DNA of 64,000 nucleotides, taken from Mycobacteriales bacterium (GTDB lineage: Bacteria; Actinomycetota; Actinomycetes; JAFAQI01). The stretch lies in assembly GCA_036268295.1 (NCBI GenBank), contig DATAUK010000009.1:1625-65624 (forward strand), written 5' to 3'. Of the stretch, positions 9,398 to 17,181 are shown in pieces (the first letter of the stretch is position 1; each line of letters starts with the position of its first letter). The notes beneath the pieces were generated by a model. The model ran no database searches and had not been told where the DNA came from. It was given only the letters and a program-made list of their open reading frames with translations. The position numbers and the translations under genes were made by a program.

Positions 9398-9580
9398 GTG
9401 CGTCGCTCGAACTCGACAGTGTTGGGCATTGGGTCGCTCGTGGTGGCGATGATCGGTGCGGGCGAAGCGTTTACTGCGTCCGTCGCGGCAGCGCCTCAGC
9501 CGCATTCTGTGAGCTACCACGCCTGCTCGGTCAGGGTCATCCGAGGATCAATCTCGCGACCCGCAGTGGCAAGCGCTTGA
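9398..9580 (+). CDS. possible small exported peptide (60 aa)
   Basis: GTG preceded by a strong RBS (acgggaggatcaaaGTG). VRRSNSTVLGIGSLVVAMIGAGEAFTA looks like a Sec signal peptide. It overlaps the 3' end of the minus-strand ORF 9514..9771, so only one of the two is likely real. Confidence 0.25.
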   Translation: MRRSNSTVLGIGSLVVAMIGAGEAFTASVAAAPQPHSVSYHACSVRVIRGSISRPAVASA

Positions 9581-9972
9581 AGACGCGAGCGAAGTACGGC
9601 GTCGGCTACTCGTTTCCGAAGGGCGCCGATCGACGCATCACGCTCCAGCCAAGCGCTCGGGCGTCGTGCAATGGCGCCGCCGGCGACCGCGGCGACGTCC
9701 TGCGAGACGCGCAGCGTGGTCGTCGACGCCACGATCCACGGCGACCGCAGGGCGGTCGCTACCAGACACAAGACATTCCCCTACTGTGCCGGCAGGGTCA
9801 CCGTCTCGAATTTCGTCAGCGGCGCCAAGGGACCGAGCTTCTGAGCCGGCAAATGCGGCAGATCAGCGGCACCTAGTCGATCCCCTCGTCGACAACGACC
9901 ACGAGCCGATCCGTTGGGATCGGTCATGGCCTGACGCGTCCGGTCCGGTTGACAACGCTCGCTTGACAACAC
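9514..9972 (-). pseudogene. ORF of unknown family interrupted by an in-frame TAG
   Basis: ORFs 9781..9972 and 9514..9771 are in the same frame. They are separated only by the TAG at 9783..9781 plus three codons. No family recognised. Confidence 0.3.
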
Positions 9973-10006
9973 CCGGTTGACAATGTCAACCGGGTGTTGT
10001 CACAAT
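9949..10006 (+). promoter_or_regulatory. phased TTGACAA heptamer array, 39-bp palindrome and putative promoter of the HTH gene
   Basis: TTGACAA(C/T) starts at 9949, 9963 and 9977 (14-bp phasing). Perfect 19-bp arms 9964-9982 and 9984-10002 surround a single central base (9983). TTGACA at 9977-9982 plus CACAAT at 10001-10006 (18-nt spacer) would start transcription about at the ATG at 10013. Confidence 0.55.
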
Positions 10007-10012
10007 GGCTTC

Positions 10013-10273
10013 ATGACACCCAAACCAGTTGCCCCGCATGACAAAGAGAAGTTCAACGATCTGATCAAGGTCCGGGCCGCTGCACTAGATCACTACGTCA
10101 AGGCCGTCGAGTGCTCGCGGCAGCGTCACGTGCTGATCACAGAGTTGATGGACGCGGGTTACTCACAATCGGACATCGCTCGAGAGCTGGGCGTGAGCAG
10201 GCAAGCCGTGCAGAAGATGCTCACGCTCCACCGGAAGCGAGGCCTACGACCGACGCTGACAAGCGACAGCTAG
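10013..10273 (+). CDS. small helix-turn-helix DNA-binding protein
   Basis: ELMDAGYSQSDIARELGVSRQAVQKML is a classic HTH (sigma region 4 / resolvase-like). The ORF track starts at a TTG (9977) inside the palindrome. ATG 10013 (MTPKPVAPHDKEKF) is more plausible. Confidence 0.7.
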   Translation: MTPKPVAPHDKEKFNDLIKVRAAALDHYVKAVECSRQRHVLITELMDAGYSQSDIARELGVSRQAVQKMLTLHRKRGLRPTLTSDS

Positions 10274-10579
10274 AGGGGTCGCGCCGGGCCGTCGTGCACG
10301 CGGGAGTCTTGGCCGCAGGAGTGGGTCACATCGATCGAGAAGCTCAGCGGTACGGTCGTCCAACGGTCGCGCCCGCACGACTTGGCGGCCACCCGGACCT
10401 GGGTCGCCGGTGGTCGACCGGTGCCCACCACCGCAGGCGGTCGCCAATGCAAAGTTGGCAGTGGTGACCGACAGCAACGTGTCAGATCGCAGGGTCGCCA
10501 TAACGACCGGGAACGCTGACGGATCGGGCTCCGAGGCCGGCCAGTGATTGACTGAGAGGACGTCGTCCTGGAGGTCACG

Positions 10580-10939
10580 GTGAGCGAGAACGCCGAGCCG
10601 GTTTCGTACGAGGGTGTGCCGACCGGGGTTCCAATGCTCTCTTCGACTGGGCGGCAGTTCGGCACCTTGGTGAAGGTCCTGGAGATCCCGTCCGAGGACC
10701 TGTTCGACGGGGTCATCGCGCACACCCACCACGGACACCGCTTCGTCGACCGTGACCAGATCGCCGAGATCACCACCGAGTTCATCAGATGCGACCTCGA
10801 CGACGAAGCGACGGAGAATCTCCCCGAGCCGTCGGGCACAGCCGCGTTCGACGCAAATGCCAGGTACGGCGAGGGCAAGTCGTTCCGCGAGTGGGTGCAC
10901 CGGACCTTCGGCCACGGCGGCTGGCAAGCCGAGAAGTAG
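10580..10939 (+). CDS. hypothetical protein (PRC-barrel/DUF2171-like by recollection)
   Basis: 119 aa. GTG preceded by ggagg 6 nt upstream. Balanced composition (VPMLSSTGRQFGTLVKVLEIPSEDLFDGVIAHT). The overlapping minus-strand ORFs are Arg/Ser-rich. Confidence 0.6.
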   Translation: MSENAEPVSYEGVPTGVPMLSSTGRQFGTLVKVLEIPSEDLFDGVIAHTHHGHRFVDRDQIAEITTEFIRCDLDDEATENLPEPSGTAAFDANARYGEGKSFREWVHRTFGHGGWQAEK

Positions 10940-11074
10940 CCAACCCGCGAGCCGTCACCGGTCAGCGGGCGTTCGACCGCAGTCGTCGCACCGCCTGGGC
11001 AGCCGACCTGCACAAGGCAGGAGCGCCGATCCACCGGGGCACGCTCGCATTGAAGGACGAGCCAGCGTGAAGGC

Positions 11075-11107
11075 TTGACACATACCGATATAGGCATATG
11101 TTTGTCA
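11075..11107 (+). promoter_or_regulatory. putative promoter and imperfect inverted repeat upstream of arsR-family gene (leaderless transcript likely)
   Basis: TTGACA at 11075-11080, TATGTT at 11097-11102 (16-nt spacer), and the GTG start at 11109. TGACACATA at 11076-11084 faces ATGTTTGTCA at 11098-11107 as an imperfect inverted repeat overlapping the -10. Confidence 0.4.
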
Positions 11108-11108
11108 G

Positions 11109-11432
11109 GTGCCCCGCTCGGCAACCACCTCGGACGTGTTCAACGCCATCGGCGATGCCCGTCGTCGCGACATCCTGGACACGTTGCTCGGCGGCGAGAA
11201 GCCGGTCGGCGCGATCGTGGACGACCTGTCGATGTCCCAACCTCAGGTGTCAAAGCACCTCAGGGTGCTCAGCGAAGTCGGACTCGTCAGGTGCCGCGCG
11301 GAGGGCCGCAACCGCCTCTACCGCCTGGAGCCAACGCGCCTTCAGCCATTCCGCGAGTGGCTGACCAAGTACGAGCAGGCGTTGAACGACCGACTGGATC
11401 GGGTGGACGACTACCTCAGAGAGCTACAATAA
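11109..11432 (+). CDS. ArsR/SmtB-family transcriptional regulator
   Basis: 107 aa. VFNAIGDARRRDILDTL...PVGAIVDDLSMSQPQVSKHLRVLSEVGLV..RAEGRNRLYRL is the ArsR winged-HTH signature. Confidence 0.9.
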   Translation: MPRSATTSDVFNAIGDARRRDILDTLLGGEKPVGAIVDDLSMSQPQVSKHLRVLSEVGLVRCRAEGRNRLYRLEPTRLQPFREWLTKYEQALNDRLDRVDDYLRELQ

Positions 11433-11446
11433 CAAGGAGCGCCGAA

Positions 11447-11947
11447 GTGACATCTCACCGGAATACATCATCAGCCATCGAGTTCCCGAGCGCTCTCGAG
11501 CTCCGCCACACCCGGGCCTTCAATGCTCCGATCCAGCTTGTCTTCGACGTATTCACCAAGCCTGAGCACCTGCGCAAGACCTTCCCGCCGTACGGCGAGC
11601 AGATGACAGTCTGTGACATCGACCTGCGGGTCGGCGGGGACTATCACTTCGTCTTCGTGACCGCCGACGGCGACGAGTGCTCATTCCGCGGCACCTTCCT
11701 GGAGGTCGAGCCGCCGACCCGGTCGGTCCAAACCTGGCTGTTCGACGGGTGGCCGGACGCGCACGCTGTCGAGACGATGGAACTGAACGAGAGCGACGGG
11801 GTGACGACGATGACCTACCGCATGGTGTTCAACGACCAGGCCGGCCGCGACCACATGGACAAGACCGACGGCGTCGAAGCCAGCTTCGAAAACGTGGATA
11901 CGTACTTGCGCTCACTGGTCGGGTCGACCGACGCCACAGCGGGATAG
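11447..11947 (+). CDS. SRPBCC/AHSA1 (Aha1-like) domain protein
   Basis: GTG at 11447 with aaggag 8 nt upstream. RAFNAPIQLVFDVFTKPEHL...DLRVGGDYHFVF...FRGTFLEVEPP.R is typical of the partner usually found beside ArsR regulators. Confidence 0.8.
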   Translation: MTSHRNTSSAIEFPSALELRHTRAFNAPIQLVFDVFTKPEHLRKTFPPYGEQMTVCDIDLRVGGDYHFVFVTADGDECSFRGTFLEVEPPTRSVQTWLFDGWPDAHAVETMELNESDGVTTMTYRMVFNDQAGRDHMDKTDGVEASFENVDTYLRSLVGSTDATAG

Positions 11948-12051
11948 CGGCCTGGCTGTCCTCGGCATGGCGGACGTCGAAATGGCAGGCTGGCGTGACG
12001 GCTGCCGATAGGCTCGGACTCTCAGATCGGGGTGTTAGTCGAGAGAGGCTC

Positions 12052-13299
12052 GTGGTGGGCAAGACCAATCGGCGTTTGATCAGCTCTGCGGTTGTTGGCG
12101 CGACGACCATCACAGTCGCGCAGCTCCTACCCGGCGTGGCGGCCGCCGCGACACATCATTCGTCGCTGACCACCTCCACGCCACGCGCTGACCCCGCAGC
12201 CGAGCCTGGCGTCGCGCCGAAGCCCACCGTGGCCGACACCGTTGCACCCACGACAGGCTGCAGCCCTTCGTCATCACCCGACTACGGCTGCGGCAAACTC
12301 ACGCTCCAGGCCGTGCCGATCGCCGATACCTTCCCGACCTCGACGCCGACTCTCGGGGGCCTCACCTTCGACATCACCGGTGCCAGCGCCTCGAGTGACG
12401 AACTCCTCAACAACTCCGTCGGTGACTGCACGACGACGGCGGATGTCGGCGACAGCGGTGCAACCTGCGGGGAGTCGACCTACTCAAACGGCGACGCGAG
12501 TGCCGCCGGAACGGATGGCAGCTGGGTCGCCGGCGATCCGTATGACGTGACACTCGACTCATCGACGCCGGCTCCCCCTAACACGCTGATTCCCGCGATC
12601 TCTGGCATCTTCCCGAACTGCACCGCCTTCGGCGCCCACAACGGGTGCCCGGACCTAAGGCAAGTGCCGGTGTACGGCAAGTACCACCAAGTCGGGTTGC
12701 GCATCCTCAACTCGGTGAGCCACAAGCCGGTAGCAAACGCGACGTACGAGCTGTGCTCGGCAACGACAGCGGCGCCCGCGACCGGCACCCATGCCTGCCC
12801 CCCCGGAGCCACCGTGCTCGCGACCGAAACAACCGGTGCGGGCGGCGAGCTGACCTTCACCAGCCGCTACGTCGGATCGAACAACTACACCGTGGTGCCG
12901 ACAACGGAACCGACCGGGTACCAGGCGGTCAGGTCGAAGCGGCTCGCCGTGCCGGTGGTCACCAACACCGCCGAGGCGGGCGCGTTGGTGCAGACCACGA
13001 TTGACCTGGCCCCGATCCGGCCGACCGTGAGGACCCACCACGTCACGGTCACCGAGAACAAGGCGATCAACTTCAACGTGCTTGCCGGCGCCAAGCCGAT
13101 CGTCGGCCCACTGACCTTGGTATCGCTCAGCAAACCGGCCCACGGCTCGGCCCATCACTCGGGCGGCGAGGTCACCTACAAGCCGCGAAAGGGCTACGCC
13201 GGCAAGGACGTGTTCACCTACACCGTTCGCAACGCCCTGGGCGCTACCGCAACCGGCCGGATCGTGGTCCACGTGAGGGCCAAGCCGAAGTCGCACTGA
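12052..13299 (+). CDS. secreted protein with prealbumin/Cna-B-like and Ig-like C-terminal regions
   Basis: In-frame GTG at 12052 after the SRPBCC stop. N-terminus VVGKTNRRLISSAVVGATTITVAQLLPGVAAAA is signal-like. YELCSAT...TFTSRYVGSNNYTVVPTTEPTGYQ resembles SpaA/SdrD-B folds. The tail YKPRKGYAGKDVFTYTVRN resembles Ig-like repeats. Confidence 0.6.
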   Translation: MVGKTNRRLISSAVVGATTITVAQLLPGVAAAATHHSSLTTSTPRADPAAEPGVAPKPTVADTVAPTTGCSPSSSPDYGCGKLTLQAVPIADTFPTSTPTLGGLTFDITGASASSDELLNNSVGDCTTTADVGDSGATCGESTYSNGDASAAGTDGSWVAGDPYDVTLDSSTPAPPNTLIPAISGIFPNCTAFGAHNGCPDLRQVPVYGKYHQVGLRILNSVSHKPVANATYELCSATTAAPATGTHACPPGATVLATETTGAGGELTFTSRYVGSNNYTVVPTTEPTGYQAVRSKRLAVPVVTNTAEAGALVQTTIDLAPIRPTVRTHHVTVTENKAINFNVLAGAKPIVGPLTLVSLSKPAHGSAHHSGGEVTYKPRKGYAGKDVFTYTVRNALGATATGRIVVHVRAKPKSH

Positions 13300-13303
13300 C
13301 CCC

Positions 13304-13957
13304 ATGACTCGGCCAAGCGCTGGCGAGCCGTCGGTCCCAGGACGGCTGGTCGACGAGATCGGCGCGGAGTGGCAGCGCAGCGTCGATGGCGACGTCACCC
13401 GGTGGCGCGGCTACTCGTCGCTGTGGGACCCGCCCGAGGCGATGCGCGATTCCGGCGGCGGGCCGACCGCGGCCGTGGTCGCCGAGGTCGTCGGCGAGCG
13501 GGTGCGCTCGATCCTGATCCGCTGGAATGAACGCACTGCCAAACTGTGGTGGGTCGAGGTACCGGAGACTGCTGCTCAGCCTCCCGCGCTCAACTTCGTC
13601 GCGTACGACGTACCGGTGCTGGCCGCGGGATCGATCATCGACGACACCGCGTTCGGCTCGCTCGGCGTGACGGCGCAGGAACAGGTCGGCGCCTACCGAT
13701 GGTGGCCGTCAACCGGTGAGGTGCACCAGATGTACGTCGCGCCGGCCGAGCGCCGGCATGGCGTCGGGATCGCCCTCGGGATGGTCGCGTGGACCTATGC
13801 CTGGCTGCGCGGCTGGCCGGCACAATTCACCGGCTCCTATCGCACCGCGCAAGGCGAGGCGTTCCTCGAGACGGCCAAGCCGTGGTGGTCAGGACGGACG
13901 AACCCGCTCACCCACCTCGCGCCACCGATGACACCCGGCGATCGGTTGAGTCCCTGA
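13304..13957 (+). CDS. hypothetical protein with GNAT-like motif
   Basis: 217 aa, starting 4 nt after the previous stop. VHQMYVAPAERRHGVGIALG resembles GNAT motif A. Confidence 0.5.
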   Translation: MTRPSAGEPSVPGRLVDEIGAEWQRSVDGDVTRWRGYSSLWDPPEAMRDSGGGPTAAVVAEVVGERVRSILIRWNERTAKLWWVEVPETAAQPPALNFVAYDVPVLAAGSIIDDTAFGSLGVTAQEQVGAYRWWPSTGEVHQMYVAPAERRHGVGIALGMVAWTYAWLRGWPAQFTGSYRTAQGEAFLETAKPWWSGRTNPLTHLAPPMTPGDRLSP

Positions 13958-13961
13958 CGAA

Positions 13962-14966
13962 TCAGCGGTAGCCGTCGGCGCCTAGGGCGATCGACGGGCC
14001 GCTGTTCGCACCCTTCGCGATCACGGTGTCGTGGTTAGTGTCCAAGCCGCAGTCGATGGCCGGTGAGTCGATCGTCATCGACGTCTCGGCGATCGCGCCG
14101 GCCGGCGTCTCATAGACCGCGACAGCGGCGTTTCTGCCGGTCGGTGCGATGCCCACCCGGGCCTTTGCGATAGCCGCGGTCGGCCTCACCGGGCAGACGC
14201 CTCCATCGTCGACGACGATGGACAGCACGAAGTGCGTTTTCTTGTGCCTGATTGCGCAGCCGGTGAACACACTGCCATGCTTGGGAGCCGAGGCGGCAGT
14301 GGCCTGCGCCCGGCAGAAGAACGAGTCGTCGCCCCCCTGATTGCCACCGCCTCCCAACGGCGGCCCGCCGTACGAGACGTAGTGGCTGTTCCTATTCGCC
14401 GCATCGTCCTCGTAGACCGCAGCGATGAGCTCGAAGCTCAACCGCCTTCCCTGGAAATACGCTCCGGCCCCGTGGGTCAGATCGCCGCCGCCCTGCAGGC
14501 GCAGCTTGGGCAGCCACGGGACGCCGTGGCTCGGAGCTGAGAACTTGGCCGCATACAACGCCTTGTCGTGCAGGCAGGCCAGTCCGAGCCGTTTGCCGTC
14601 AGAGGCAAGATCGGGCTGCGAGCACCCGAAGCCGCCCTTTACCAACGGCGACCACCTGGTCGCGAAGGTGCGGACCTCGATGCCGTGTTTAGTGTCCGCG
14701 AGGAAGAAGTACTGCCCGTTGGCCCATGCGACCGCGGGTGCTCCTGTGATCTTGTTGCCGAGGCTATGGAACGTCGACGAGCCTGGTCTGTTGGCGAAGA
14801 CCGCGCCGCCCTTGCCGCGATAGGCAACGACCTGGCCGGCGACCTGATCACCGCCTGCCAACGCGGCCGAGCTAGCCAAGCCGGCCAAGTGGGTTTGCGC
14901 ATGAGCAGCCGGGACCGCAAACGCAACGGCGGAACAGGCACCGGCTGCCAGCGCCAAGCGTCGCAT
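13962..14966 (-). CDS. secreted protein of unknown function
   Basis: ORF 13962..15122. The internal ATG at 14966 gives MRRLALAAGACSAVAFAVPAAHA, a signal peptide with an AHA cleavage motif. No family recognised. Confidence 0.55.
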   Translation of the reverse strand: MRRLALAAGACSAVAFAVPAAHAQTHLAGLASSAALAGGDQVAGQVVAYRGKGGAVFANRPGSSTFHSLGNKITGAPAVAWANGQYFFLADTKHGIEVRTFATRWSPLVKGGFGCSQPDLASDGKRLGLACLHDKALYAAKFSAPSHGVPWLPKLRLQGGGDLTHGAGAYFQGRRLSFELIAAVYEDDAANRNSHYVSYGGPPLGGGGNQGGDDSFFCRAQATAASAPKHGSVFTGCAIRHKKTHFVLSIVVDDGGVCPVRPTAAIAKARVGIAPTGRNAAVAVYETPAGAIAETSMTIDSPAIDCGLDTNHDTVIAKGANSGPSIALGADGYR

Positions 14967-15114
14967 TGATCGGATCACGAGCCGCCCCCCATCAGTTGTC
15001 AGCCGACCGTGCTGAACGCAGAACCGGGTCATCGACCACTGACCGCCGTGCATGTCGGTGTAGAGCACGACGCGATGATCTCTGCGTTCACGCCGACCAT
15101 CGTGCTGATCCGTC

Positions 15115-15963
15115 TCATACACATGGCTGGCCGCCGATCCGGCCGCCGACGGTCAGAATGGCGCGGTCGACCAGTGACGTGTCGTAGTGACTCGTGACCC
15201 CGTGACCGGAGCTCAGCTCGATCATCACCCCCGCGGCACTGCTGCCGAGCAGCGTGCCCAGCGCCGGGCTCAGGTAGATCACCTCGTAGCAGTTCGGCGT
15301 CGGCAACGTGTAGACCGAGTGCAGTCCGCCCGGCAGCAGCTGATGTCGGATGACGCCGATCGCAACCGGCTGGCTCAGTGGCGGGTCGAAGTTGCGGGTC
15401 AGGGTCGTGACCCGGCCGGCGCCGCCGATGACGTCGGTGTCGTCGCCGTTGGCTAGCTTCGGCAGGTAGCCGTCAGGGTTCGCTGCGTCCACGTGATGCG
15501 CGGCATCCCACGCCGTGGTCGTCGCGGCGTACCCGGCGTAGTTCTTGGCCGACTGGGATGGCCCAGTGACCTCCGCGGTGAACTCCCGGCGGACCTGCGA
15601 GCAGTCGGCGCCCGACTTCGCGGTCACCGCGCCGCTGAGGCTCTGCAACACCGACAGGTACGACGCACCGGCAATGTCATTGTTTGCCAGCGCGGTTTCG
15701 CTGCCAGTGACCAGCGACTTCAACGCCGCCGGTGAGCCGTCGGTGCACCGCCGATGCAGCGGATGCAGCGCGCCCAGATAAGCGCGGTCGCCATGGGCGT
15801 GGTCGAGAGCGGACAGCTGCTGGGCGACGGCGGCGAGCGTCACCGGCGGCACCACGGCGGTCGAGTGGGTAGGTGTCGGTGGCGCGGTCGGCGTGACCGT
15901 GTCGCCACTCGACGACGAGCAGCCGGCCAGCAACGCAACCGCGACCGCGACCAGCCTCATCAC
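15115..15963 (-). CDS. lipoprotein of unknown function
   Basis: MMRLVAVAVALLAGCSSSSG is a canonical lipobox (LLAGC). Confidence 0.65.
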   Translation of the reverse strand: MMRLVAVAVALLAGCSSSSGDTVTPTAPPTPTHSTAVVPPVTLAAVAQQLSALDHAHGDRAYLGALHPLHRRCTDGSPAALKSLVTGSETALANNDIAGASYLSVLQSLSGAVTAKSGADCSQVRREFTAEVTGPSQSAKNYAGYAATTTAWDAAHHVDAANPDGYLPKLANGDDTDVIGGAGRVTTLTRNFDPPLSQPVAIGVIRHQLLPGGLHSVYTLPTPNCYEVIYLSPALGTLLGSSAAGVMIELSSGHGVTSHYDTSLVDRAILTVGGRIGGQPCV

Positions 15964-15976
15964 GTCGTCAGGAGGA

Positions 15977-16222
15977 CTAGTGCTGCTGCTCGGGCTCCGG
16001 AGCAGCCGGCGCCGGCCCGAATTCCGTGACCATGTCCATGATGTTGGTGAAGTAGCCGCCGATGCACCCGGCGACGATCATCCCGATGCCGACCCACCAC
16101 ACGACGCCGAGCCACCACTCGATCAGGCCGACCCCGGCCAGGATCGTGCCGATCATGACGACAGCGGTGGCGATCCATACGCCAGTTGTGGCGCCGTGCC
16201 CGCCGGCCGACTCGCCCGTCAT
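15977..16222 (-). CDS. small two-TM membrane protein (HGxxPAAW-like family by recollection)
   Basis: 81 aa. GGHGATTGVWIATAVVMIGTILAGVGLI is followed by a second hydrophobic helix. Confidence 0.55.
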   Translation of the reverse strand: MTGESAGGHGATTGVWIATAVVMIGTILAGVGLIEWWLGVVWWVGIGMIVAGCIGGYFTNIMDMVTEFGPAPAAPEPEQQH

Positions 16223-16260
16223 CAGGTCCTCCAGATGCTCAGAAGCGTCTCGCAGTTAGC

Positions 16261-17148
16261 CTACGGCTCGGCGTCAGCCTGGCTGCGGAGACCCTCCGTC
16301 TCCGGCCGTGGCCGGGAAAGGTCGATTTCGGCGTTGAGCTCCGCGCCGAACAGGATGGCAAGCGCGGTGAGGTAGAGAAACAGCAGCACCGCGACCGGGG
16401 CCGACAACGGCCCGTAGGTCGCGGTCCGCCGAAACGCGAAGACCAGCCAGGCCCGCAGGATCACCGAGCCGACGACCCAGATGACGACAGCGATGACCGC
16501 ACCCGGCAGGGCGCGCCGCCACGGCGTACGGACCGGCACGGCCCGGTGGTAGAGCGTCGCGAGCAACGAGAGCGAGACCAGCAGGACCACCGGCCAGAAC
16601 GCGACTTCGGTGATGCCGTGCACCACCTTGTGCCAGCGGTCGGGGAACAGGTTGACCAGGTCCGACGGGCCGAGCACGAGCGCCGGCAGCAGCACGATGG
16701 TCGCCAACACGAACCCGATGTAGAGCCGAAGTGCCAACAGCCGGCTACGCACTGCGCTGCGCTGATTGCGCAGCCCGTAAGCGATCGTGATGGTGTTGAC
16801 GTAGGTCGCCATCGCCGACGAGCCGGTCCACAGCGAGACGATGAAGCTGATCGACACCACGTCCACCCGACCGCCGAACAGGATCCGGTGCAGCGCCGGC
16901 GCGATCGTCGAGTTGACCGCACTCGGCACGATCACGTGGGTCATCGCGTTATCGATCGAGCGTTGCAGATGGTTCAGGTTGTCGGCGCCGAGCGGACCGC
17001 TGAAGAAACCGATCGTGCCGAGGATCGCCAGAATCGCGGATGGCAGCGAGAGCAGCTGCCAGAACCCGGCCTCGGCGGCCAGGCCCATGACACGGTCGTG
17101 CCAGGAGCGGCGCAACGCCGACCAGACGAGCCCGGGAACGGACGTCAC
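16261..17148 (-). CDS. YihY/BrkB-family inner membrane protein
   Basis: GLAAEAGFWQLLSLPSAILAILG, SLWTGSSAM and YGPLSAPVAVLLFLYLTALAILFGAELNAE match the family. Start trimmed to the GTG at 17148 to avoid overlap with the divergent gene at 17182. Confidence 0.8.
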   Translation of the reverse strand: MTSVPGLVWSALRRSWHDRVMGLAAEAGFWQLLSLPSAILAILGTIGFFSGPLGADNLNHLQRSIDNAMTHVIVPSAVNSTIAPALHRILFGGRVDVVSISFIVSLWTGSSAMATYVNTITIAYGLRNQRSAVRSRLLALRLYIGFVLATIVLLPALVLGPSDLVNLFPDRWHKVVHGITEVAFWPVVLLVSLSLLATLYHRAVPVRTPWRRALPGAVIAVVIWVVGSVILRAWLVFAFRRTATYGPLSAPVAVLLFLYLTALAILFGAELNAEIDLSRPRPETEGLRSQADAEP

Positions 17149-17181
17149 TCGGTAAAGGTAGAGCCCGGCGGCTGATTCACT

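Noticed and set aside
10244-11124. Minus-strand ORFs of 227 and 284 aa covering 10244..11124
   Set aside because: Both overlap the better-supported plus-strand gene 10580..10939, which has an RBS and balanced composition, and both are Arg/Ser/Pro-rich. The stretch 10274..10579 may hide a decayed gene, but I could not support one.
16186-17175. 329-aa plus-strand ORF
   Set aside because: It is antisense to the YihY-family membrane protein gene and is dominated by R, D, Q and P.
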